DNA of 64,000 nucleotides from Bacilli bacterium (lineage in GTDB: Bacteria; Bacillota_I; Bacilli_A; RFN20; CAG-826): positions 1 to 64,000 of the forward strand of contig JAFZRR010000017.1 in NCBI GenBank assembly GCA_017619815.1. The letters run 5' to 3'. Shown here in pieces: positions 27,102 to 37,429 of the stretch. How positions within the stretch are numbered: position 1 is the stretch's first letter; each line of letters opens with the position of its first letter. The translations under genes and the position numbers were made by a program. The notes under the pieces are model-generated. The model was not told the DNA's origin, did not search any database, and was given only the letters and a program-made list of their open reading frames with translations.

Positions 27102-28349
27102 ATGCCGAACAAAACAATTGCTGTTATAGACTTAAAAGCGTTTTACTCATTCGTAGAATGCGTTGACCGTGGGCTCGATGCTTGGACTACTCCTTTAGTT
27201 GTGGCAGATAAGGAGAGAGGAAAGAACACAATTGTTTTAAGCGTGTCTCCATTTTTAAAAGCAAGAGGGGTTCCATCAAGATTAAGAATTAGGGATTTAC
27301 CAAAAGAATATGATTATGTCTACGCAGTTCCAAGGATGGAAAGATATATTGAGAAGTCCGCGGAAGTTGTCAAAATCATGATGGAATTTGTCAGTGAAGA
27401 AGATATACATGTTTATTCAATTGACGAAGCATTCCTTGATATCACTAGTTATCTTAATTATTACAAGATGACACCACTTCAACTAGTGAGTAAGATTATT
27501 CAAACCATTAAAGATAGAACTGGATTACAAGCCACTGCAGGTATTGGTGATAATTTCTTTTTATCTAAAGTGGCGTTAGATATATACGCAAAACACGAAA
27601 GAAATGGCATTGCCACGATGCATCAAAAAGATATCAAAACTAAACTATGGCCAATTTCTCCACTTACAAAAATATGGGGTATTGGCGAAAGAACTGCAGT
27701 GAAATTAAACGCATTAGGAATATATAACGTTGGTGAATTAGCAAACGCTGATAAAGATTTTATTCATAGTCATTTTGGTATTATGGGCGATCAACTCATC
27801 AGTCACGCAAACGGTATTGATGAATCAGATGTTCATGAGGTGTACGTTCCAAAAAGTACAAGCTTATCATTAGGACAAGTTCTCTTTAAGGACTATAACA
27901 AAGATGAAATCACCACTATTATTAGAGAAATGTGTGATGACTTATCTCAGAGATTGAGAAATGAAGGAAAGCAAAGCGAATTAGTTTCTTTATATATTGG
28001 ATACTCTAAAGAAATTATGGGTGGGTTCTCTAGACAGATGTCTTTACTTCATCCCACAGATGACACAGAAGAATTATTTAATGCTTTAATGGAAATCAAA
28101 ACTCGATTTATTCAAGATTTACCAATTCGAAGAATTGGAATCAACTTCGGAAAACTATCGAGAGGTGGTTTCAAACAAATCGATATGTTTGGCGATGCAA
28201 AGAAAGAAAAAGATAACCATGACTTATTTAAAGCAATGGATAAATTAAAAGATAAATATGGAAAGAATATATTATTAAGAGCGAGTGCATTAACTGAAAA
28301 CAGTACCGCTATTGAAAGACACAATCAGATTGGAGGGCATAGGAAATGA
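27102..28349 (+). CDS. Y-family translesion DNA polymerase (DinB/UvrX-like)
   Basis: IAVIDLKAFYSFVE aligns with the DinB N-terminus IIHVDMDCFFAAVE, and SIDEAFLD is present. TATAAT lies just upstream of the ATG with no SD, so the mRNA is possibly leaderless. Confidence 0.8.
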   Translation: MPNKTIAVIDLKAFYSFVECVDRGLDAWTTPLVVADKERGKNTIVLSVSPFLKARGVPSRLRIRDLPKEYDYVYAVPRMERYIEKSAEVVKIMMEFVSEEDIHVYSIDEAFLDITSYLNYYKMTPLQLVSKIIQTIKDRTGLQATAGIGDNFFLSKVALDIYAKHERNGIATMHQKDIKTKLWPISPLTKIWGIGERTAVKLNALGIYNVGELANADKDFIHSHFGIMGDQLISHANGIDESDVHEVYVPKSTSLSLGQVLFKDYNKDEITTIIREMCDDLSQRLRNEGKQSELVSLYIGYSKEIMGGFSRQMSLLHPTDDTEELFNALMEIKTRFIQDLPIRRIGINFGKLSRGGFKQIDMFGDAKKEKDNHDLFKAMDKLKDKYGKNILLRASALTENSTAIERHNQIGGHRK

Positions 28350-28651
28350 GTGATCGCGGAATGAAAAAGTGGGCGCCATATAAAACCCTCGAAGATCAAT
28401 GGACAACATTAGATAGACTTCATGCTAGTGAAGAAAAAGTTGAGAAACCAAAAATCAGTAATGAAGTTGCAGAAGAGATTAATGACAAATTAGTCAATTA
28501 CCAAGGACAAGAATATGAATTCTTCTATTATAAAAATGGAAGAATCTTAAAAGAAAAAAGCACCATTAAGAAGATTGATGCTTTTAACAGAAAGTTGATT
28601 TTAGATAATAATATTATTATCTACTTGAAAGACTTGATTGGTGTAAGATGA
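28346..28651 (+). CDS. YolD-like protein (UmuD-analogous partner of Gram-positive Y-family polymerases)
   Basis: About 100 aa with an MKKWAPYK N-terminus. Overlaps the polymerase stop by 4 nt. Confidence 0.6.
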   Translation: MSDRGMKKWAPYKTLEDQWTTLDRLHASEEKVEKPKISNEVAEEINDKLVNYQGQEYEFFYYKNGRILKEKSTIKKIDAFNRKLILDNNIIIYLKDLIGVR

Positions 28652-29215
28652 TTATTTTTGATCTTTCGCGATGATTTCATTCATCTTCTTAAGATCGTCA
28701 TCATCCACCTCATAAACATAAGGTGTATTTCTTTCTAATTCATAAATATCTAAACCAAAGCCCGCGATGAATTGGTTTTCTTTCATCGTGTATCCAACAA
28801 AGTCGATTGGTACTTCCACTTCTCTTGCTGGAGCTTTATCTATCAATGTACAAACATAGATATTTTTTGCACCATTGAGTTTCATGTGTTCAGTTAAGAA
28901 CTTCATGGAATACCCTGTATCCACGATATCTTCCACGATGATGACTGAACGACCAGTGCAATCAAACGAGATATCTTTTAATAGTCTCACATTGTGAGTT
29001 CTTTTGGTTCCATAGTAAGAAGAAATACGAATATAGTCTGTATAAATGGGGCGCTTAATATATTTCATTAATTCAAACATGAAATTCATCGCGCCTTTCA
29101 TAACACCCACTAAAACAGGGACTCTTTCTTCACCCGCAGTTTTCTCATCAATCTCTTTAGCGATTCTTTGACAAATCTCTGTTATTTGTTGTTCATTCAA
29201 AATAATTCTTTTCAT
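28652..29215 (-). CDS. hpt: hypoxanthine-guanine phosphoribosyltransferase
   Basis: VIIVEDIVDTGYS PRPP-binding motif, about 180 aa. Confidence 0.85.
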   Translation of the reverse strand: MKRIILNEQQITEICQRIAKEIDEKTAGEERVPVLVGVMKGAMNFMFELMKYIKRPIYTDYIRISSYYGTKRTHNVRLLKDISFDCTGRSVIIVEDIVDTGYSMKFLTEHMKLNGAKNIYVCTLIDKAPAREVEVPIDFVGYTMKENQFIAGFGLDIYELERNTPYVYEVDDDDLKKMNEIIAKDQK

Positions 29216-29219
29216 GAGA

Positions 29220-30188
29220 TTATCCTTTCATCACTTCAGAGATAAAGTCTTGGTGAGTTTCATATAAAGATTTTCCTTCATCTAATGAAACAATGATTTT
29301 CGCAAATAAAGGAACTAAAGAAATAACATCGATTTTATCGGTTTTGATTTCTTCTCTAAGTGGAATGGAATCGGTAATAACAAGTTTTTCTAAATGAGAA
29401 TTGTTGATTTTATCAACAGCATCTAAAGATAAGACACCATGTGTCACTGCGGCATAAACTTTCTTAGCACCTAATTCGATTAATTTTTCAACTGCGATAA
29501 CTAAAGTTCCTGCGGTGTCCACAATGTCATCAACGATGATACAGGTCTTATCTTTAACATCGCCAACGATGGATAAGATTTCCGCTTTGTTTGGTTCTGG
29601 ACGACGCTTATCAATAATCGCCAATGGAGCATTAAGTTTTTCCGCTAATTTGCTAGTTCTCACAAGTCCGCCATGGTCTGGAGAAACACAAACAATATCG
29701 CCTTCAATTTTTAAATCTTTGAAATAGCGATAGAAAAGAATGACTGGTGAAACATCATCCACTGGAATATTAAAGAATCCAGAAATTTGAGATGCGTGTA
29801 AGTCGCTAGAAACAATACGGTCAGCACCAGCAGTTTCTAACATATCTGCAACAAGCTTTGCGCTGATAGGTTGTCTTGGTTTAGCTTTACGATCTTGTCT
29901 TGAATAGCCGAAATATGGAATGACACATGTAATTGATTTTGCGCTCGCTCTTTTACAAGCATCAATACAAAGTAATAATTCCATTAATCTTTCGTTAACA
30001 GGTCTACAAGTAGATTGGATAATGTAAACATTATCTCCTCTAAATGATTTCTTTCCAGTAAAGGAAATTTCTCCGTCAGCATAATGGCTAACTTCAGTAG
30101 GAAGAACTTCCACACCAATGGTTTTGGCGATTTCAAGTGCCATATCAACATTGGCAGTTAAAGAAACTATTTTTAATCTTTCGTTCAT
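29220..30188 (-). CDS. prs: ribose-phosphate pyrophosphokinase
   Basis: Start trimmed to MNERLKIVS. Motifs GYSRQDRK and IVDDIVDTAGT. Confidence 0.85.
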   Translation of the reverse strand: MNERLKIVSLTANVDMALEIAKTIGVEVLPTEVSHYADGEISFTGKKSFRGDNVYIIQSTCRPVNERLMELLLCIDACKRASAKSITCVIPYFGYSRQDRKAKPRQPISAKLVADMLETAGADRIVSSDLHASQISGFFNIPVDDVSPVILFYRYFKDLKIEGDIVCVSPDHGGLVRTSKLAEKLNAPLAIIDKRRPEPNKAEILSIVGDVKDKTCIIVDDIVDTAGTLVIAVEKLIELGAKKVYAAVTHGVLSLDAVDKINNSHLEKLVITDSIPLREEIKTDKIDVISLVPLFAKIIVSLDEGKSLYETHQDFISEVMKG

Positions 30189-30190
30189 GA

Positions 30191-30853
30191 TTATTTTGCT
30201 CCTTTCACCGTGCCAAAAATACGATCGCCACAATCACCTAGTCCTGGGCAAATATATGCGTTCTCGTTAAGTTCTCTATCTAAGGCACCAATATAAAGTG
30301 GAATGTCAGGATTCTTTTCGCAGAATGCTTTTACTCCTTCTGGTGCTGCAATAATACAAATAAATGTAATTTTCTTTGCGCCGTGCTTCTTGAGCATATT
30401 AACTGCGTCAATTGCACTGCCACCTGTCGCAAGCATTGGATCGATTAGATAAACATCCATTTCATCGATATCGACAGGAAGTTTGCAATAGTATTCAACT
30501 GGTTCTTTGGTGACTTCATCACGGTACAAACCGATATGTCCGCATGTTGCACCCGGCACTAGTTCTAACATACCATCCGCCATACCAAGACCTGCTCTTA
30601 AGATAGGTACAAAGCATAGCTTCTTACGTGATACTACTGGTTGAAGAGTCTTTTCAATTGGGGTTTCAACTTCCACCAAATGAGTTTCAATATTCCTTAG
30701 GGCTTCATATCCTTCAAGAATAGCGATCTCTTTGACTAATAGTTTGAATTGATTTGTTTTTGTTGATTTGTCTCTTAATTGAGTAATCTTGTGACTCAAT
30801 AATGGGTGATTTAACAAGGTTACATTTTTGTAATCTTTGACATTAAATTCCAT
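30191..30853 (-). CDS. upp: uracil phosphoribosyltransferase
   Basis: Start trimmed to MEFNVK. Motifs ILRAGLGM and YLIDPMLATGGS. Confidence 0.85.
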   Translation of the reverse strand: MEFNVKDYKNVTLLNHPLLSHKITQLRDKSTKTNQFKLLVKEIAILEGYEALRNIETHLVEVETPIEKTLQPVVSRKKLCFVPILRAGLGMADGMLELVPGATCGHIGLYRDEVTKEPVEYYCKLPVDIDEMDVYLIDPMLATGGSAIDAVNMLKKHGAKKITFICIIAAPEGVKAFCEKNPDIPLYIGALDRELNENAYICPGLGDCGDRIFGTVKGAK

Positions 30854-30874
30854 GTTTGTTTTCCTCCTTTTCAA

Positions 30875-31010
30875 CTAGGGTTCTCTTTGAGATTTTCAAA
30901 AACAAAAAACTCGGCAAAATACCGAGTAATTTCTATAAAGACACAGACATGGATTGGTGATTAACGGGCACACTACCTCTATAATTCGAGTCTAATTGGC
31001 GCTTCATTAA
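30875..31010 (-). promoter_or_regulatory. 5' leader of upp-prs-hpt containing an intrinsic terminator (attenuator or riboswitch candidate)
   Basis: Minus-strand RNA carries ACTCGG-tattttg-CCGAGT followed by TTTTTTG about 45 nt upstream of the SD AAAGGAGG, preceded by about 90 nt of more GC-rich structured sequence. Confidence 0.45.
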
Positions 31011-31081
31011 TCTAAACACAACCATAGTTCCGTTCTTAATCATTAATTTATCAAACTCAATTTTGATAAACAACCATTTTA

Positions 31082-32302
31082 TTAAATGGCCCATTCACCA
31101 TCTTTGAATATTTGATGTTTGTTTCCTTTGGCATCAACACCAACGATTGATAAATCTTTGGTTCCCACCATGAAGTCAACATGGATCATGGAATCATTGA
31201 TACCTTTTGCTTTTGCTTCTTCGGTAGAAAGATTTACATCTAATAATTCTTTGAATCCAATACCTAATGCGACATGGCAAGCAGCATTTTCATCATATAA
31301 GGTGTTATAGAACAATAAACCACTTAAATTGATTGGAGATGTATATGGCACTAAAGCAACTTCACCTAATTGTGCCGCACCTTCATCCATAGACACCATG
31401 TGTTCTAATAATTTTTGATTTTTTCTAGCGTGAACTTCGCTAACTTTACCATTTTTGAATGTAATGCTGAAATCTTCAATAAGTTCACCATTATAACTTA
31501 ATGGTTTGGATGCCACTAAGGTGCCTTCACATCTACCAGCCCATGGAGTGGTAAATACTTCTTCAGTTGGAATGTTTGGATTGAATTCACCTTTGTTAGG
31601 AGCGGTTTCCACACCAGCACCCCAGTTGATACCAGGAATCAAATCAACTTCGAAGTCTGTGCCATTGCTGGCCTTGTAATATAACTTACGTAAATCTAAT
31701 GATTTAAGTTTGTTTCTTTGTTGAATTAAGAAAGCATTATGTTCTTCCCAATTCTTGACTGCATCATTACCATCGACACGTGATGTTTTAAGAATGGCTT
31801 CCCATAATTTTTCCACCGCTTCTTCTTCAGAAACATCTGGGAACATTTTCTTCGCCCAAGCTTTTCCAGGAACACCGGCGATACACCATTTGTATTTTCC
31901 ATCTGCGGCTTCGCGATATTTCTTAATTTTTGGGAATCTTTTCGCCATGACTTTAGCGATTTTAGCTTGATTGACGCCCTTTAAACCATCTGGGTCTTCA
32001 GATATAAGATAAATCATTGTTGGTAGCTTCTTAGCCATGTATTTGTATCTAGCTAAGGAGTATGGTGTTAGCTTTGCTAATTCACCAACAGTGGCGTACT
32101 TATAATGAAGTCTTCCTAATTGTTCATAATCGAATCTTACTTCAACAAATTTGGCGCCCGCTTTATAGCATTCTTCAGCGACCATATATACGAATTCAGG
32201 TTGATCTAAATCCGCACTGATCCAAATTTCATCACCTTTATTGACGTGTCCACCAATACGAGCAATTAATCTGGCGTATTCTCTTAATAATTTTTCTTCC
32301 AT
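31082..32302 (-). CDS. M29-family aminopeptidase (AmpS/PepS-like)
   Basis: 406 aa, MEEKLLREYARLIARIGGHVNKGDEIWISADL..., typical aminopeptidase T/PepS. Confidence 0.75.
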   Translation of the reverse strand: MEEKLLREYARLIARIGGHVNKGDEIWISADLDQPEFVYMVAEECYKAGAKFVEVRFDYEQLGRLHYKYATVGELAKLTPYSLARYKYMAKKLPTMIYLISEDPDGLKGVNQAKIAKVMAKRFPKIKKYREAADGKYKWCIAGVPGKAWAKKMFPDVSEEEAVEKLWEAILKTSRVDGNDAVKNWEEHNAFLIQQRNKLKSLDLRKLYYKASNGTDFEVDLIPGINWGAGVETAPNKGEFNPNIPTEEVFTTPWAGRCEGTLVASKPLSYNGELIEDFSITFKNGKVSEVHARKNQKLLEHMVSMDEGAAQLGEVALVPYTSPINLSGLLFYNTLYDENAACHVALGIGFKELLDVNLSTEEAKAKGINDSMIHVDFMVGTKDLSIVGVDAKGNKHQIFKDGEWAI

Positions 32303-32360
32303 AATATTACCTCGTTGCTATTTGCTTTATTTATTTTATAATAACCGCGGGGGATTTGTT

Positions 32361-32942
32361 ATGAATACTGTTATAGAAAAATACAAATGGATTAAATATG
32401 TACTCGGTGGATTCGTCGCTGCGTTAGGAATTTTGATTATTCTTCTCGCATGTTTGAATTTTGGTGCATTAGAAAACGCAATCAACATTGTTGTGGCTTC
32501 TGGTTTATTAATCTTAGGTTTAGCTTCTTTGATTATTACAATCTTCACAGAAACTCATAAAGGATTTTCATTATCACTATTAATTAGCTCCGCAATTATC
32601 ACTGCAGGTATCATCTTATTAATTGCTAGATTTGGTATTGGTTTTACCATCAAAAACGTACTTTTAGTGTATATCTTAGCAGTTTTAACATTAGTGTTCG
32701 GTGTTGCTTCATTATTCAAAGTTGTCTCTTTAATCGTTTATAAAGAAAAGAAGACACTTATTGTCCTCATGGCTTTAGTGGCAGTTGCCGCAATTACCTT
32801 AGGTATCCTTGGTATCGTCTTTGCTCCTAAACTTGGTGAACTCGTTGTCGCAGCATTTGTAATCTTAGGTATCTTAGTGTTAGTAACCGGTATCTTAATG
32901 ATTGTCTTTTCTGTTCTTAGCGACAAAAAGAAATCCGCTTAA
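32361..32942 (+). CDS. polytopic membrane protein (HdeD/DUF308-like)
   Basis: Start trimmed to MNTVIEKYKW to avoid overlapping the divergent aminopeptidase start. About 6 TM segments. Confidence 0.5.
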   Translation: MNTVIEKYKWIKYVLGGFVAALGILIILLACLNFGALENAINIVVASGLLILGLASLIITIFTETHKGFSLSLLISSAIITAGIILLIARFGIGFTIKNVLLVYILAVLTLVFGVASLFKVVSLIVYKEKKTLIVLMALVAVAAITLGILGIVFAPKLGELVVAAFVILGILVLVTGILMIVFSVLSDKKKSA

Positions 32943-33000
32943 TTATTATTTATAATAATAAAAAATGCTCCGATTGTTCGGGGCATTTTTATTTGCTTTA

Positions 33001-33285
33001 TTAGAGCAACATTCTAATGGCTTCTTCAGTAGTTTCCGCTGAGGAAGATCCACTAGTATTTGATACTTGAATGACGATGGCGATTACGAAGAAGATGATT
33101 GCCATTACTAATGTAAGAATGGAAACAACTTTTTCAGCGCCTCTTTCTTTGGTTTTGACGAACACGTTAAGTCCACCACCAGTAATAGCACCGGAAGCAC
33201 CTTCAGATTTACCACCTTGCAATAAGCAAAGAATGATAATGACAATGCCTACGCCCATAAATACCCAGTCGTACCAATTTAACAT
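33001..33285 (-). CDS. secG: preprotein translocase subunit SecG
   Basis: 94 aa, MLNWYDWVFMGVGIVIIILCLLQGGK..., two TM segments. Confidence 0.75.
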   Translation of the reverse strand: MLNWYDWVFMGVGIVIIILCLLQGGKSEGASGAITGGGLNVFVKTKERGAEKVVSILTLVMAIIFFVIAIVIQVSNTSGSSSAETTEEAIRMLL

Positions 33286-33364
33286 GCTTTCAATTTCCTT
33301 TCGTCAATTCGCTTAATAATGTTATACAAAACGGAGAAATAATTCAATAAGAGAATTGAATTGT

Positions 33365-35347
33365 CTATAGTTCCGCTTTCATCTCAAAGATAATATCTCT
33401 AAGTTTAGCCGCGCGTTCAAAATCAAATGTTCGAGCAGCTTCTTTCATTTGTTTTTCTAATTCTTTTATCTTCTTTTGAAGCTCACTACGTGTCGCTTTC
33501 TTAGAAGCACTAATAATATCGGAAATTTCATCCTCTGTATTGTGAATTGGAGGCCTAATTTCTTTAACAACAGTTGTTGGAACAATGCCATTATCGAGAT
33601 TGTATTGATTTTGAATTCTACGACGGCGGTTGGTTTCATCAATTGCGTTCTTCATAGAATCAGTCATTGTATCGGCGTACATAATGACCTTACCATTTGC
33701 ATTTCTCGCAGCACGACCACACACTTGGATGAGTGATCTAGTACTTCTCAAGAAGCCTTCTTTATCAGCATCAAGGATACAAATTAATGAAACTTCTGGA
33801 ATATCTAAACCTTCACGTAATAGGTTAATTCCAACAAGCACATCGTACTTGCCTTTTCTTAACTGATAAATGATCTCTGAACGTTCAAGAGTTTTGGTCT
33901 CGTGATGGAGGTATACAACCTTTATTCCTCTTTCTTTAAGGAAGGTGGTTAAATCCTCCGCCATTCTAATAGTTAAAGTAACGATTAAAGTACGTTCGTT
34001 CATTGAATTTCTTAACTTGATTTCTTGGAGCAAATCATCGACTTGCCCCATGGTTGGTCTCACATCAATTGTTGGATCTAATAAACCAGTAGGACGAATA
34101 ATTTGTTCTGCAATTGGTGCATCAGTTTTTGCGAGCTCATAATCACCTGGTGTGGCGCTTGTGCAAATAACTTGAGGCATAATTTTCTCAAACTCATCAA
34201 AGTTCAAAGGTCTATTATCTAACGCAGATGGTAATCTAAAGCCGTATTCTACAAGGGTTTCTTTACGAGATCTGTCGCCGTTATACATACCTCTAAGTTG
34301 AGGGAAAGTAACGTGAGATTCATCGACGAATAAGAGGAAGTCTTCAGGGAAATAATCGATTAAGCACCAAGGTCTTTCACCTGGTTTTCTCTTATCGATG
34401 TGTCTTGAATAATTCTCAATTCCTGGGCACATTCCAAATTCAAGCATACTTTCAATGTCTTGATTGGTTCTAAGTTCTAATCTTTCTGCTTCAAGAAGTT
34501 TTCCTTCACTCTTAAAATATGCCAATCTTTCTCTTAATTCTTCTTTAATAGTAACAGTGGCTTCTTTTATTCTTTCTCTTGTGGAAGCATGGTCATACGC
34601 AGGGAAGATTGGATATGTATGATATGAGGCTTTAACTTCTCCTGAAAGTAGGTCAATTTGTGAAATCTTTTCTATCTCATCGCCAAAGGTGTCGATTCTA
34701 ATGACATTATTGTTATCCATGTTCGCTGGAATGATTTCAATGATGTCACCATGAACTCTGAAACTACCTGGCGCAGCATCCATATTGTTTCTCACATATT
34801 GAGCATCCACTAAGCGTTTGAATAAAAGATTTCTATCAATTTCTTCACCGACACGGATATTAAAAACTAAGTTTCTATATTCATCAGGATCAGTTAATCC
34901 GTAAATAGAAGCGACAGACGCAACGATGATGGTATCTCTTCTTTCTAAAATTGAATTGATTGCGCTAGTTCTCAACATTTCAATTTCATCATTCATCACT
35001 GCATTCTTATCAATATAAGTATCGCTTTTTGGGATGTATGCTTCTGGTTGATAAAAATCAAAATTTGAAACAAAATATTCAACTCTGTTATTAGGGAATA
35101 GTTCTTGGAATTCTGAATATAATTGACCCGCAAGGGTTTTATTATGAACAAGAACAAGTGTTGGTTTTTGAACTTGTTCAATGATATTGGCCATAGTAAA
35201 GGTTTTTCCAGTACCAGTAGCACCTAGTAACACTTGGAATCTCTTATTGTCTCTAATTCCTTCTACTAACTGCTTAATAGCAGTTGGTTGATCACCGGTA
35301 GGCTTAAAAGGAGAGACTATTTGAAAGCGATGGTCTTTATTTTCCAT
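33365..35347 (-). CDS. uvrB: excinuclease ABC subunit B
   Basis: Start trimmed to [20 protein letters not shown]. Motifs [14 protein letters not shown] and the UvrB C-terminal coiled coil [16 protein letters not shown]. Confidence 0.9.
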   Translation of the reverse strand: MENKDHRFQIVSPFKPTGDQPTAIKQLVEGIRDNKRFQVLLGATGTGKTFTMANIIEQVQKPTLVLVHNKTLAGQLYSEFQELFPNNRVEYFVSNFDFYQPEAYIPKSDTYIDKNAVMNDEIEMLRTSAINSILERRDTIIVASVASIYGLTDPDEYRNLVFNIRVGEEIDRNLLFKRLVDAQYVRNNMDAAPGSFRVHGDIIEIIPANMDNNNVIRIDTFGDEIEKISQIDLLSGEVKASYHTYPIFPAYDHASTRERIKEATVTIKEELRERLAYFKSEGKLLEAERLELRTNQDIESMLEFGMCPGIENYSRHIDKRKPGERPWCLIDYFPEDFLLFVDESHVTFPQLRGMYNGDRSRKETLVEYGFRLPSALDNRPLNFDEFEKIMPQVICTSATPGDYELAKTDAPIAEQIIRPTGLLDPTIDVRPTMGQVDDLLQEIKLRNSMNERTLIVTLTIRMAEDLTTFLKERGIKVVYLHHETKTLERSEIIYQLRKGKYDVLVGINLLREGLDIPEVSLICILDADKEGFLRSTRSLIQVCGRAARNANGKVIMYADTMTDSMKNAIDETNRRRRIQNQYNLDNGIVPTTVVKEIRPPIHNTEDEISDIISASKKATRSELQKKIKELEKQMKEAARTFDFERAAKLRDIIFEMKAEL

Positions 35348-36332
35348 CCTTCTTTCCTTTCTTTTTGGTTTCGGTAAAAAGATTTGTGTTTGTGTGAGAT
35401 TTAAATCCTTCACCAAATACAGCATTGGTTTGCGTATATGTAACAAATGCGGTTGGATCAATCTTAGCGATATAAGATCTAATCTTTGCATATTCGCGTT
35501 TGTTAAAAACAATTCTTAGAATGACTCTTTCGTCACCATGATATCCGCCTTGTGCATGGATAATTGTGGTTCCACGACCGAGTTCATTTTGCGCATATTG
35601 AGAGATTTCTTCCCATTTTTCAGAAATAATATCCACTTGGTAGCTAGTTTGTGAACCAATGAATATCACTTCGATAATAATTGCGGACATAAATGCGGAG
35701 ATAATACCGGATAAGCAAGGTAGTAAGAAGTCAGATTGCATTGGTAATAAAATACATAAACCCACAGTAATGATTGTTCCATCAATAAGGAACGATGCGA
35801 TTGATTGTCTAATGTGGAGGTATTTTTCAATTAAGAATGTTAAAACATCAACGCCACCCGTGGATCCACCACCGACGAATGTAACAGCAACACCTACGCC
35901 AACAAAGACACCACCAAAAATACCAGACATTAAGTAGTTACCTGCAGTTGGTCCATTGCCAGCATCCTTTAGGATTTCTCCAAATTTGATTAAAACATCA
36001 GATAAGCCCGGACAGGCAGTGAATAACCAGTTAGCTAATGGAAATGCTATTGTGGCCACTAAAGTTTTTAAGGCGAACTCTTTTCCAATAAAAATCAAAC
36101 CTATAACCCATAGTAAGACTGCAGAAGCGTCCACAATGATGTTATAGAGTAATACTTTAGTATTCTCAGCGACAAAATATCTAGCAATAATAGCAACACC
36201 GTTTAATCCACCAGCGTTGATATCAAGAGGAACAAGGAAAGCGATGTTTCCAAAAGCGACAAGGAATGTACCAAATATAACAATTAAGACTTTAAAAATG
36301 GCAATTTTCCATTCTTTTTTGGTTTTAGGCAT
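35337..36332 (-). CDS. YitT-family membrane protein (DUF161 plus C-terminal DUF2179)
   Basis: 331 aa with about 5 TM segments and a C-terminal soluble domain ([20 protein letters not shown]). Confidence 0.65.
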   Translation of the reverse strand: MPKTKKEWKIAIFKVLIVIFGTFLVAFGNIAFLVPLDINAGGLNGVAIIARYFVAENTKVLLYNIIVDASAVLLWVIGLIFIGKEFALKTLVATIAFPLANWLFTACPGLSDVLIKFGEILKDAGNGPTAGNYLMSGIFGGVFVGVGVAVTFVGGGSTGGVDVLTFLIEKYLHIRQSIASFLIDGTIITVGLCILLPMQSDFLLPCLSGIISAFMSAIIIEVIFIGSQTSYQVDIISEKWEEISQYAQNELGRGTTIIHAQGGYHGDERVILRIVFNKREYAKIRSYIAKIDPTAFVTYTQTNAVFGEGFKSHTNTNLFTETKKKGKKDGK

Positions 36333-37429
36333 TCTTCTTAGCCTCCTCTCTTAAATATGCATAGATAAATCCGTCGATTTCGCCATTCATTACGGCTTGG
36401 ACATCGACTTCTTCATAATTACTGCGGTTATCTTTGACTAATGTATATGGGCAGAAAACATAGGATCTGATTTGACTTCCCCATTCAATGTTTTTCTTTT
36501 CGCCAACAATATCATTAATCTTCTTTTCACGTTTCTCTAATTCGATTAAATAAAGTTTGCCTTTGAGCATATTCATAGCCATTTCTTTATTCAAGAGTTG
36601 GCTTCTTTCTACTTGGCAAGAAACCACGATACCAGTAGGCAAGTGAGTGATTCTAACCGCGGTTTCAACTTTGTTGACATTTTGTCCACCGGCACCACCA
36701 CTACGATATGTATCAACCTTTAAATCAGCTTCATTAATTTGAATATTAATTGAATTCTCTTTGAATTCTGGAATGACGTTCACAGAGGCAAAAGAAGTAT
36801 GTCTTCTCTTATTCGCATCGAAAGGAGAAATTCTTACTAAACGATGAACACCTTTCTCACTTTTAAGTAATCCATATGCATTATGACCGGCAATTTTTAA
36901 TGTAACTGATTTGATACCAGCTTCTTCACCAGGTTCTAATGAAATAAGAGACATTTTGAACTTATGTGCTTCTGCATACAAAACGTACATGCGATAAAGC
37001 ATATCCGCCCAATCTTGTGCTTCTGTGCCACCCGCACCTGGATGTATTTCAATAATCGCAGGCATGTCATCAAACTCGCCTGTGAATAAAATTTCTAATT
37101 CAAAATCCTTTGATTCTTTTTCAAGTTGCTCAAAAGACTCATTTATTTGTTCAAATAAAGATTCATCGCCTAACTCTAAGAGTTCATTAATATCTTTAAA
37201 ATCGTTTTCTAACTTTCGATAAGTCTCAACGATATTCTTACAATAATTCAATCGAGAGATAACTTTTAAAGCCTCGCTATTATTGCTCCAGAAGTTATCT
37301 TCTTCGCTTTTTTTAGTTAAAACTAAAATTTCCTCATCTAATTTAGTGAGGTCAAAGAGAAGACCCGAGTTGGTGGATTCTCTCACCAACAGCACAAAGT
37401 TCTTGGTTAAAAGAAGCAATGTCTTTCAT
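36325..37429 (-). CDS. prfB: peptide chain release factor 2 with programmed +1 ribosomal frameshift
   Basis: ORF0 ATG at 37429 reads [25 protein letters not shown] then in-frame TGA (37352-37354). The slippery CTT TGA C sits at 37351-37357. The +1 frame continues DLTKLDEE... through GGQ ([20 protein letters not shown]) to 36325. Confidence 0.85.

Noticed and set aside
30875-31010. upp leader as a PyrR-binding attenuator or a purine riboswitch
   Set aside because: Neither the PyrR loop (ARUCCNGNGAGG) nor purine-aptamer blocks (UAUAAU...GGAUAUGG...CCGUAAAU...GACUAUG) are present. It is kept only as a generic attenuator candidate.
35348-35512. N-terminal extensions suggested by the track for uvrB (35512), prs (30233), upp (30874), dnaX (44270), ybaB (46029) and YfhO (53625)
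   Set aside because: Conserved protein N-termini and SD positions indicate the shorter starts. The extensions overlap neighbouring genes or divergent promoters.
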